Source: Elusimicrobiota bacterium (lineage in GTDB: Bacteria; Elusimicrobiota; Elusimicrobia; UBA1565). From it: a stretch of DNA of 14,369 nucleotides. This document shows, piece by piece, positions 5,787 to 13,532 of this stretch (position 1 is the stretch's first letter; each line of letters begins with the position of its first letter). The notes below the pieces were generated by a model. That model was not told the origin of the DNA. It worked only from the letters and a program-made list of their open reading frames with translations, and did no database searches. Where the stretch lies: assembly GCA_043819795.1 (NCBI GenBank), contig JBDREN010000220.1:1-14369 (forward strand), written 5' to 3'. The position numbers and the translations under genes are program-made.

Positions 5787-8117
5787 TTATCGCGCGAGGG
5801 TTCGCTCCACCTGGGCCAGCTTGGCCTCGAGCGCCTCGTTGCGCGCGCGGAGCTCCTTAACGGCCTCGATGAGATGCATCTGGATCTGCAGACCGTAGTG
5901 GATGCGCTTGTAGCCGTCGTCTCCCGCGACCACCCAGTCCGGGAACACCTTCTCCACATCTTGGGCGACGAGGCCGTATTGCGTGCCGGAGCCGAGCGCG
6001 CTGTCAATGAACTCGAAGCTCACCGGCTCCAGGCGGGCGATTTTCTCCAGGGAGCCCGACAACGGCGCGACGCCCGTTTTGAGCCTGCTGTCCGATGAGC
6101 AAGAGCCCGCGATGCAGTTCCCGCTGTCCCTGTACCCGCCGCTCACGTTCACGTCGCCGTCCGCCACGTCCAGCTTGTACGCGGGGCTCGCCGTATCGAT
6201 GCCGACGTTGCCGCTGGGCGCGATCACCAACCGGGGAGTCGAATCATTCTGCCCCCTGATCTTGAAAATCTTGTCTACGGGGCCGACCCCCAGCTCCCAG
6301 TAGAGGTCCGAGCCCGTGGCCTGGTCCATGCGGATAAAATACTCGTTGGTGCCCCTGATGTAGATCCCGGTCTTGATGTCGGTGGTCGCCGCCGAGCCGA
6401 TGTTCAGCAAGCCGAAGTCGTTGCTGCCATAACGCCCCAAATACATATCCCCGTCCACATGAAGCCTCTTGAGCGGGCTCGTCGTTCCGACGCCCACGTT
6501 GCCGTTGCTGCTGTCGATATGGAAGAAGACGTTGTCCGTATGGGTGGCGATCTGGAACGGCGATCCCGTTTCCGTGGTGACATTCTTCCCTATCTTCCAG
6601 TCGTTACCCCCGGCGGAACCGATATACAAATAAGACGATTTTACGCCGCCCCCCTCCCGATAAAGATGCAGCAACTGAGCCACTGAAGAACTCTGGACAT
6701 GAAGGGGAGCGTTCGGACCCGTCGTCCCGATGCCCACGTTGCCGCCCGACTCAAAAATAGCGGAATCGCCCAGCGTTTCGGCGCCGGTGAATTTAGGCAG
6801 ATAGTCCGCCGTCCCGCTGCCGCCGACACCTCCGCCGCCCGATGGCCAGGAGGTGATCTCGTCGCCGCCGAGGTTGAATGCCGCTGCCTTCACCGTCCCG
6901 GCGACGTCCAGCTTCTTCGTGGGGCTCGCCGTCCCGATGCCGACGCTGCCGTCGGGTATCACTGTATTCCTGTCGCTGGCCAGGATGATATCTCCATCCG
7001 GATGCGTCGTCTGGATCGTGAAGGGGCCTATATTCGATTCCAGCACCATCATGCCGGCATATATCTTGCCGTTGCCGTAGACCGCGATCCCCTCGGAAGC
7101 GCCGAGATCCAGGAGCCGGCTCCCCGTGGGATTCTGGACGTATCGCGTCTTGAGGGTTCCTCCGCTTCCCATATCCAGGACCGGCCAGTTGTTCCCCGAA
7201 TCGTTCCTCATCTGCAGGATGGGACCGTTCCCGGATTCCAGGTCGAGCTTGACCGCCCAGTTCTTCGTTCCGCCGACCCCGGACAAGCGGATGACGCCGT
7301 CAGCGTCATTGCCTATCGTCTCCCCGCTCTTCATGGTCAGCGTCCCGTCGACGTGGAGCGCGGTCGCCGGGTTCGTCGTACCGATGCCGACCTTGCCGCC
7401 GTCGTAGTAGATCAGCCCCGTCCCCTCCGTCCACAGGCTCGAGCCCCCGCCGAGGCTCACCGGCGTTCCGTTCTCGCGGAGCTGGCCCGTGAAGTTGATG
7501 TCGCCCGCCACGTCCAGCTTGTAGCCCGGGCTCGTCGTCCCGATCCCCATATTGCCTGACGGATCGAGGAACGCCGCCTGAACGCCGTTCCTGGTCTGGA
7601 TACTCAATCCCGGGTTATCGGTATACGTGATCTGATTGAGGGCGGAGCCGCCGAAGTTCAGCGCCGGAGGGCCTCCGTGCTCGGACGCGATGCTCCCGCC
7701 GTCCCCTCCCATGTTGAAGATCCAGCCCCCGACCCTCGCGCTCCCCGCCACGTGGAGCGTCTCGGAAGGGGAAGCCGTTCCGATGCCGACTTTCCCGTCG
7801 TTGTCGACGAAAAGGGCGTCCGTCGGGCTGCCGTCCGCCGCGTCGAGCGAATTGCCGTCCCCCGCCCCGGGGTCTCCCGTGTCGCCCTTGGGGCCCTCAG
7901 GCCCTTGAGGTCCGGTATCGCCGGCATCGCCCTTCGGGCCCTGCATACCGATCTCGCCCGGGTTTATGAGCTTGAAACGCAAAGTGCCGTCGTCCTCCGT
8001 CTTGATGATACGCTTGTTCCCTCCGGAGTCCTTTCCGCGCATGACGCCGCTGTCTTCGGCCGATACGTATACCGAGCACAAACCGAGCGCCAGCCCCGAC
8101 AGAATCAGTCTTTTCAT
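5787..8117 (-). CDS. Secreted trimeric fibre/adhesin-like protein with collagen repeat, GNVGIGT repeats and C-terminal intramolecular chaperone (Peptidase_S74-like)
   Basis: ATG 8117 with GGAGG RBS; signal peptide MKRLILSGLALGLCSVYVSA; about 11 Gly-X-Y triplets; seven GxVGIGTxxP-type repeats; SDSRLK...GLVAQDVEKVFPDWV...Y...LIEAVKEL plus terminal coiled coil. Confidence 0.85.
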   Translation of the reverse strand: MKRLILSGLALGLCSVYVSAEDSGVMRGKDSGGNKRIIKTEDDGTLRFKLINPGEIGMQGPKGDAGDTGPQGPEGPKGDTGDPGAGDGNSLDAADGSPTDALFVDNDGKVGIGTASPSETLHVAGSARVGGWIFNMGGDGGSIASEHGGPPALNFGGSALNQITYTDNPGLSIQTRNGVQAAFLDPSGNMGIGTTSPGYKLDVAGDINFTGQLRENGTPVSLGGGSSLWTEGTGLIYYDGGKVGIGTTNPATALHVDGTLTMKSGETIGNDADGVIRLSGVGGTKNWAVKLDLESGNGPILQMRNDSGNNWPVLDMGSGGTLKTRYVQNPTGSRLLDLGASEGIAVYGNGKIYAGMMVLESNIGPFTIQTTHPDGDIILASDRNTVIPDGSVGIGTASPTKKLDVAGTVKAAAFNLGGDEITSWPSGGGGVGGSGTADYLPKFTGAETLGDSAIFESGGNVGIGTTGPNAPLHVQSSSVAQLLHLYREGGGVKSSYLYIGSAGGNDWKIGKNVTTETGSPFQIATHTDNVFFHIDSSNGNVGVGTTSPLKRLHVDGDMYLGRYGSNDFGLLNIGSAATTDIKTGIYIRGTNEYFIRMDQATGSDLYWELGVGPVDKIFKIRGQNDSTPRLVIAPSGNVGIDTASPAYKLDVADGDVNVSGGYRDSGNCIAGSCSSDSRLKTGVAPLSGSLEKIARLEPVSFEFIDSALGSGTQYGLVAQDVEKVFPDWVVAGDDGYKRIHYGLQIQMHLIEAVKELRARNEALEAKLAQVERTLAR

Positions 8118-8249
8118 GACAGCCTCCCGTCTCAAAATGCGCGAAGATCCCTTCAAGTTAATACCCCCCAAACTAAAAAAAGTCAACTCCCAGCGCCCCG
8201 TCTATCGGCCGGAGGGCGGAGTCTCGTTCTTCCGGAGGGTTTGGGCGGG

Positions 8250-9596
8250 TCAGACGCTGATGGACTGGCGCTCGCGGGCCGCGGTGCAGAGCAGCGGGCT
8301 GCGGGCCTGGCGGACCCTCTCTTGGCACTCGTCGAGGTACTGGTCCATCATCTCATCGGTGTGGACGGGGTCATGGTGGAACAAGACGAGGTGCTTGCAG
8401 CCCGCGGCGAGCCCGCGATCGACGGCGTCGTTGAACGTGCTGTGCCCCCATCCGCGCTTGAGATTGTACTCCTCCTCGGTGTACTGCGCCTCGCAGACCA
8501 GGATGTCGCTGTCGCGCGCGAACTCCACGATCGCCTTGTCCTGCTTGCGGGTGATGTCGCTGTCCCCGTTGAGGCGCCGGTAGCTCTCATGGTCGCTGAT
8601 GTAGGTGACCGACTTGCCGTAGGCCTCGAAGCGGAAGCCGATCGCGATGCCCGGGTGGTTGAGGAAGTGGTAGCGCACCCGCACCAGGCCGATCTCGATC
8701 GGCCCCTCCATCTCGAAGAAACGCAGCTGGCAGGCTAGGCTGGTCAGGGGCACCGGGAAATAGTCGGCGGCCATCTGCCCGCTGAAGACGCGCCCGAGGC
8801 TCTTGCCGGCTCCGTGCACGCTGTAGACGCTGAAATTGTTGCGTTTGACGTAGAAAGGGGTGAAGAACGGGAAGCCCTGTATGTGGTCCCAGTGGGTGTG
8901 CCCCACGAAGATGTGGCCCTCGATCGGCTTGTCCCCGAACTCCTTGAGGAGCGAGACCCCGAGCTCCCGGATGCCCGACCCGCAGTCGATGATCACGAGC
9001 CGCCCCCCGATGCGAAGCTCGGTGCAGACGGTATTGCCCCCGTAGCGGACCGTGTCCGGGCCCGGAGCCGGGGAGGACCCGCGGGTGCCCCAGAATCGGA
9101 CCTTGACCTCCGTCTCCGCGGAGCCGGACACGGGAGCGCTCTCCACCGGACCCTTTACCGCGACAGAGCGGCTGAAGGAACCGCTCTCCCCCGCCGCCAG
9201 AGCGGCCTGCTCGGGAGCGCTCCGGCAGTCTCTCCCCAGCAGCTCTCGGACCTTATCCCTGAGGTCCTCCGCCTTGTAGGGCTTGGTCAGATAGTCGTCG
9301 GCCCCGGCGTTCTTCGCCTCCTGGATGTCGGTATCGTAGGACTTCGAGGAGGTGATGAGGATGCGGGGACCCGCGGAGCCCGTCTTCTCGCGCAGCTTCT
9401 CGCAGACCTGGATCCCGTGCATCCCCGGCAACATCAGGTCCAGCACGATCAGGTCCGGCAGGTACGATAAAGCCTTCTCAACGCCTTCCTTGCCGTCATA
9501 GACCTGCTCGACTTCGTACTCTTCCCTTTTGAGTATCTCGGTCGCGTAGGCGGCGAGCGCGATGTCGTCCTCGACGACCAGTATCTTACCTTTCAT
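8250..9596 (-). CDS. Receiver domain fused to a metallo-beta-lactamase-fold hydrolase (RNase Z/phosphodiesterase-like)
   Basis: N-terminal REC (VVEDD, LDLMLP, ITS, LTKP). MBL motifs FWGTRGS, YGGNT, IDCGSG, HTHWDH, NHPG, ISDHE, WGHS, FHHDP. Confidence 0.92.
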   Translation of the reverse strand: MKGKILVVEDDIALAAYATEILKREEYEVEQVYDGKEGVEKALSYLPDLIVLDLMLPGMHGIQVCEKLREKTGSAGPRILITSSKSYDTDIQEAKNAGADDYLTKPYKAEDLRDKVRELLGRDCRSAPEQAALAAGESGSFSRSVAVKGPVESAPVSGSAETEVKVRFWGTRGSSPAPGPDTVRYGGNTVCTELRIGGRLVIIDCGSGIRELGVSLLKEFGDKPIEGHIFVGHTHWDHIQGFPFFTPFYVKRNNFSVYSVHGAGKSLGRVFSGQMAADYFPVPLTSLACQLRFFEMEGPIEIGLVRVRYHFLNHPGIAIGFRFEAYGKSVTYISDHESYRRLNGDSDITRKQDKAIVEFARDSDILVCEAQYTEEEYNLKRGWGHSTFNDAVDRGLAAGCKHLVLFHHDPVHTDEMMDQYLDECQERVRQARSPLLCTAARERQSISV

Positions 9597-9606
9597 CTCA
9601 GCCGCT

Positions 9607-9638
9607 AAGAGGGTAACAGACCCTCTTTAAGAAATCAA
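9607..9638 (-). promoter_or_regulatory. Putative sigma70 promoter overlapped by an 8-bp inverted repeat (operator-like)
   Basis: Minus strand TTGATT (9638-9633), 17 nt including an extended TG, TACCCT (9615-9610). Inverted repeat aagagggt-aacag-accctctt at 9607-9627. Confidence 0.5.
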
Positions 9639-9691
9639 GAGTCATCGACCAAAATCACGCCTTTGTAAAATATGCAATAAAATAAAGCGCT

Positions 9692-12517
9692 TCATCCTCC
9701 GTCCAAGGCGCGAAGAGTGTCTTGAAGGCTCGCATGCTTTGCCTCGGCCTCCTGGCGCCGCTGGCGGACCTTGGCGACCTCGGACTCGGGGGCGCGCTCG
9801 ACGAAAGAGCGGTTCGCCAGCTGAGCCTCGCAGCGCCGCAGATCTTTGTCCACTCGGTCAGCTTCCTTGGCCAGCCGAACGCGCTCCTTGGCGATATCGA
9901 GGATCCCCGCCAGCGGCACGTAAAACGTGAGCTTCCGGGCCACCGCCGTCGCGGACTGGGGCGGCCGGCCGCCCGAGGCGGCTTCGAGCGTCTCGAGACG
10001 CGCCAGGTGCGTGACCGTGGCCGCGTCCTGGGCGAGCGTCCCGGCCTCGGTCTTCTCCCCCGCGTAGAACGCCTTGATCCTGAGCCCGGGCGGGACGTGC
10101 AGCTGGGACCTCAGGGCCCGGATCGCGCGGACGGCCTCCATCAAGAACCCCATGCGGCCGGTCGCCTCTTCGTCGGCCCATCCCGACGGGTCCGGAGCGG
10201 CGGCGCCGAGCACGAACTCGGCCGTCTCCCCGGAATAGGGCCGCAGGGCGGCGAAGAGCTCCTCGGTGATGTAGGGCATGAACGGATGCAGGAGCTTCAG
10301 GGTCCCGGAAAGGACCTGCACGAGGATCGTCCTCACGGCCGGGGCGCGCTTCTCGTCGCTCAGGCCCAGCTTGGCCAGCTCCACGTACCAATCGCAGAAC
10401 TTGTCCCAAAGGAACCCGTAGACCTCATCGGCGGCCGCCGCCGTGTTGTAGACCTCCATATGGCCGCGGACGCGGGCGACGCACGCCTCGAACTCCGCCA
10501 GGATCCAGCGGTCGGGCAGGTCCAGAGACGCGCGGTCCAGCGCGCCCAGGCGGTAGCCCCCCTCGGGCGCCGTCTCGGGCACGTTCATGAGCACGAAGCG
10601 CGTCGAGTTCCAGATCTTGTTGGCGAAGTTCCTCGGGCCGACGATGGAGTCCTCGGAGAACGGGATGTCCCTCCCGGGGTAGGCCTGGGACGTCAGCGCG
10701 AAGCGGAAGGCGTCGGTCCCGAACTTGTCCATCGAGATGAGCGGGTCGATCACGTTGCCCAGGGACTTCGACATCTTCTTGCCGTGCTTGTCGCGCACGA
10801 TCCCGTGGATGACCGCGTGATCGAACGGCACCGCGTCCCGGAAATAGAGGCCCATCATCTGCATGCGGGCCACCCACAGGTACAGGATCTCGTATCCCGT
10901 CACCAGGACGCTGGTCGGATAGTAGAACTTCAGATCCTCCGTCTCCTGCGGCCAGCCGAACACCGAGAGCGGCCAGAGCGCAGAGGAGAACCAGGTGTCG
11001 AGAACGTCGGTGTCCTGCAGGAAACGGGACTTGCCGCAGCAGGCGCAGGGCTTCCCGGGGGAGAAGGCGATGGGGCCCTCCGTCTTTCCGTCGCCGGAAC
11101 GGAACTGGTAGCGCCCCTCGGCCGCGATCGTCTCCAGCGAAACGCCGTCCGCGAGCAGGTCCCGGACCGGCCGGTCCGGGCCGCCCTCTCCATCGGCCGC
11201 CGGCACGAAGAGCCTGTCACCCAGGCACTCCGCGCAATACCAGATCGGGACCCGGTGGCCCCACCAGATCTGCCGCGAAAGGCACCAGTCCCGGATGCCG
11301 AGCAGCCACTGCCGGTACGGCTTGGTCCAGGAGCCCGGATAGATCGTGAAGTCGCCCTTGTCGACGGCCGCCAGCGCCTTCTTGGCGAGCGCGCCCATCT
11401 TCATGAACCACTGCTCCGAGACCAGCGGCTCGATCGCCTGTTGGCAGCGGTAGCAGACGCCCACCGCGTGGCGGTAGTGCTCGGCCTTCTCGAGGAGCGG
11501 CTTCCCGTCGGCGCCTAAGAGGGCCTCCAGATCGGCCACCACTCGCTCGCGCGCCTCCTCGCGGGAGAGCGCGGCGTACTTCTCGCCGGCGGCCTCGGTC
11601 ATCTTCCCGTCGAGCCCGATCACCAGCCGGGGGCCGTCCATCTCCTCGAGGTGCCGCTGCCAGATGTCGAAGTCGTTGGGATCGTGGCCGGGAGTCACCT
11701 TGACCGCGCCGGTCCCGAACTCCCGGTCGACGTGCTCGTCGGCGACCACCGTCAGCGAGTGCCCAGTGAGCGGCAAGGAGAGCTTCTTGCCGACCAGGTC
11801 CTTATAGCGCGCATCGTCCGGGTGCACGGCCACGGCCGTGTCCCCCAGCATGGTCTCCGGCCGGGTGGTGGCCACGGTGACGAAGCGCCCGGGGTCGTCC
11901 GAGAAAGGATAGCGCAGGTGCCACAGGTGCCCCTTGCGGTCCTCGTACTCGACCTCGATGTCCGAGAGCGCGGTCCCGCAGCGCACGCACCAGTTCACCA
12001 TGCGCTCGCCGCGGTAGATGAGGCCCTTCTTGTAGAACTCACGGAACGAATGGTAGACGGCCTTGGCCCGGGCCTCGTCCATCGTGAACGCCTCGCGCCC
12101 GAAATCCAGGCTGCAGCCGAGGTGGGTGAGCTGGCCGAGGATGGTCTTCTTGCAGTCCCGCACCCACACCTGCATACGCTCGAGGAACTTCTCGCGGCCC
12201 AGCGCCTGGCGCGTCTGGTTCTCGGCCCGGAGCTGCTTCTCCATGACGTTCTGGGTCGCGATGCCCCCGTGATCGGTGCCCGGCACCCAGCAGGACTCGC
12301 GCCCCTGAAGCCGGTGGTAGCGGATCATGACGTCCTGGAGGGTGTTGTTGAGGGCGTGTCCGATATGGAGCGCGCCCGTGACGTTGGGCGGCGGGATGAC
12401 GATAGTGAAGGACCGCTTGCCGTCTCGCGACGGGCGGGAAAAGAACAGCCGCGCCTTTTCCCAGGCGGCCATCCACTTCTTCTCGACGAAACTTGGAGAG
12501 TAGGTTTTCTCGAGCAT
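9692..12517 (-). CDS. valS: Valine--tRNA ligase
   Basis: Start MLEKTYSP at ATG 12517; PPPNVTGALHIGH, GTDHGGIATQ, ATTRPET, GTGAVKVTP, DWCLSRQIWWGH, DVLDTWFSS, KMSKS, C-terminal coiled-coil arm. Confidence 0.98.
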   Translation of the reverse strand: MLEKTYSPSFVEKKWMAAWEKARLFFSRPSRDGKRSFTIVIPPPNVTGALHIGHALNNTLQDVMIRYHRLQGRESCWVPGTDHGGIATQNVMEKQLRAENQTRQALGREKFLERMQVWVRDCKKTILGQLTHLGCSLDFGREAFTMDEARAKAVYHSFREFYKKGLIYRGERMVNWCVRCGTALSDIEVEYEDRKGHLWHLRYPFSDDPGRFVTVATTRPETMLGDTAVAVHPDDARYKDLVGKKLSLPLTGHSLTVVADEHVDREFGTGAVKVTPGHDPNDFDIWQRHLEEMDGPRLVIGLDGKMTEAAGEKYAALSREEARERVVADLEALLGADGKPLLEKAEHYRHAVGVCYRCQQAIEPLVSEQWFMKMGALAKKALAAVDKGDFTIYPGSWTKPYRQWLLGIRDWCLSRQIWWGHRVPIWYCAECLGDRLFVPAADGEGGPDRPVRDLLADGVSLETIAAEGRYQFRSGDGKTEGPIAFSPGKPCACCGKSRFLQDTDVLDTWFSSALWPLSVFGWPQETEDLKFYYPTSVLVTGYEILYLWVARMQMMGLYFRDAVPFDHAVIHGIVRDKHGKKMSKSLGNVIDPLISMDKFGTDAFRFALTSQAYPGRDIPFSEDSIVGPRNFANKIWNSTRFVLMNVPETAPEGGYRLGALDRASLDLPDRWILAEFEACVARVRGHMEVYNTAAAADEVYGFLWDKFCDWYVELAKLGLSDEKRAPAVRTILVQVLSGTLKLLHPFMPYITEELFAALRPYSGETAEFVLGAAAPDPSGWADEEATGRMGFLMEAVRAIRALRSQLHVPPGLRIKAFYAGEKTEAGTLAQDAATVTHLARLETLEAASGGRPPQSATAVARKLTFYVPLAGILDIAKERVRLAKEADRVDKDLRRCEAQLANRSFVERAPESEVAKVRQRRQEAEAKHASLQDTLRALDGG

Positions 12518-12523
12518 GGACGG

Positions 12524-12529
12524 ATTATA
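12524..12529 (-). promoter_or_regulatory. -10 box of a probable leaderless valS transcript
   Basis: Minus strand TATAAT-ccgtcc-ATG: consensus -10 six nt before the start codon, with no SD. Confidence 0.65.
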
Positions 12530-12566
12530 GGAAAAGAGACCGGCCGCCGAAAAGCGAGACCCTCCC

Positions 12567-13427
12567 TTACTTGGCGCCGCTGTTCGGGTTCCTGGCGAAA
12601 CGATTCTGCTCGGCCGACACGAAGCTCGCCAGGCTCCGGGAGATCGCGCGGGCGACGCGGTCCTGGAAGTCGGGGTCGGCCACGATCGCGGCCTCATCGC
12701 GGTCGCGGAGGTTGCCGATCTCGATGAGGACGCTCGGGATCCGGGGGCTCTTGAGCACGGCAAAAGGCCCCCGGTCGACGTAACGGACGTTCTTGATGCC
12801 GGCCTTTCGCAGCGCCCGCCCCAGGTGCTCGGCGAGCCGTCGCGAGCGGGAGATCTGGGACCTCGGCGGCGGCGGCAGGATCCTCTCGCCCGGCTCCCTC
12901 GGGGGCCCTTTGGGGATGCGGGGGTTCCGGCCGTAGACGTACGCGATCACGCCCCGCCCCTTGCGCCCGCGCACGTTGTCGACGTGGATCGAAACGAAGG
13001 CCTGCGCGCCGACGGCCTCGGCGCGCAGGACGCGGTCGGTCAGCGACACGAACTCGTCGGACCAGCGCGTCAGGAACGGTGAGATGCCCGCCTTGCCCGC
13101 GAGATGATCCGCGACGCGCTGCGAGATCCGCAGGACGATGCCTTTCTCCACGCGGCCGTAGACCACGGCCCCGTCATCCTTGCCCCCGTGCCCCGCGTCG
13201 ATCACAACGACCTTGGGCAGTATGCGGGGAGGAAGCCCGGCCGCACCGCCGCCCCGGCTCACTTGCTCAGGGGGCGGAGTGCGGCCTCCCCGGAGGGGAG
13301 CGGTGCCCGGCCCCATAAGAGATTGCGTGGGGGCCGTGGTGCGGCCTCCCTCCCGGTCGGCCGTCCATGTCGGGGCGGCGCACAACAGCGGGACCGATAA
13401 CGCCGCGCAGAAGGCCCGAAATAACAT
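12567..13427 (-). CDS. N-acetylmuramoyl-L-alanine amidase (Amidase_3), exported
   Basis: Signal-peptide-like N-terminus, Pro/Gly linker, Zn and catalytic motifs IDAGHGG, VEK, LTR, FVSIH, PSVLIEIG. Confidence 0.93.
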   Translation of the reverse strand: MLFRAFCAALSVPLLCAAPTWTADREGGRTTAPTQSLMGPGTAPLRGGRTPPPEQVSRGGGAAGLPPRILPKVVVIDAGHGGKDDGAVVYGRVEKGIVLRISQRVADHLAGKAGISPFLTRWSDEFVSLTDRVLRAEAVGAQAFVSIHVDNVRGRKGRGVIAYVYGRNPRIPKGPPREPGERILPPPPRSQISRSRRLAEHLGRALRKAGIKNVRYVDRGPFAVLKSPRIPSVLIEIGNLRDRDEAAIVADPDFQDRVARAISRSLASFVSAEQNRFARNPNSGAK

Positions 13428-13484
13428 TCGCCAATTACTTAACAGGAATATGCGATTTTTTCAAGTGTTTTCTTGTTTCTCGCC

Positions 13485-13513
13485 TTGACCGTGAGGACCG
13501 GAAGTGATACTTT
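13485..13513 (+). promoter_or_regulatory. Putative sigma70 promoter for the hypothetical gene
   Basis: TTGACC (13485-13490), 17 nt including an extended TG, TACTTT (13508-13513). A second -10-like TACGAT at 13522-13527. Confidence 0.55.
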
Positions 13514-13532
13514 GGGTCCTATACGATATACG

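Noticed and set aside
5787..8117. Prophage or tailocin remnant
   Set aside because: No integrase, structural or lysis genes in the window; the protein has a signal peptide and sits among cellular genes.
9722..12727. Long antisense ORFs (598 aa, 358 aa) opposite valS, and similar ones opposite other genes
   Set aside because: Expected by-product of GC-rich codon usage; no domain signal.
1502..13532. Longer N-termini in the ORF track (1502, 5468, 8186, 12763, 13473)
   Set aside because: The extensions cross promoters, palindromes or neighbouring genes. Downstream ATGs (1622, 5285, 8117, 12517, 13533) fit signal peptides, RBS, ATGA coupling or family N-termini.
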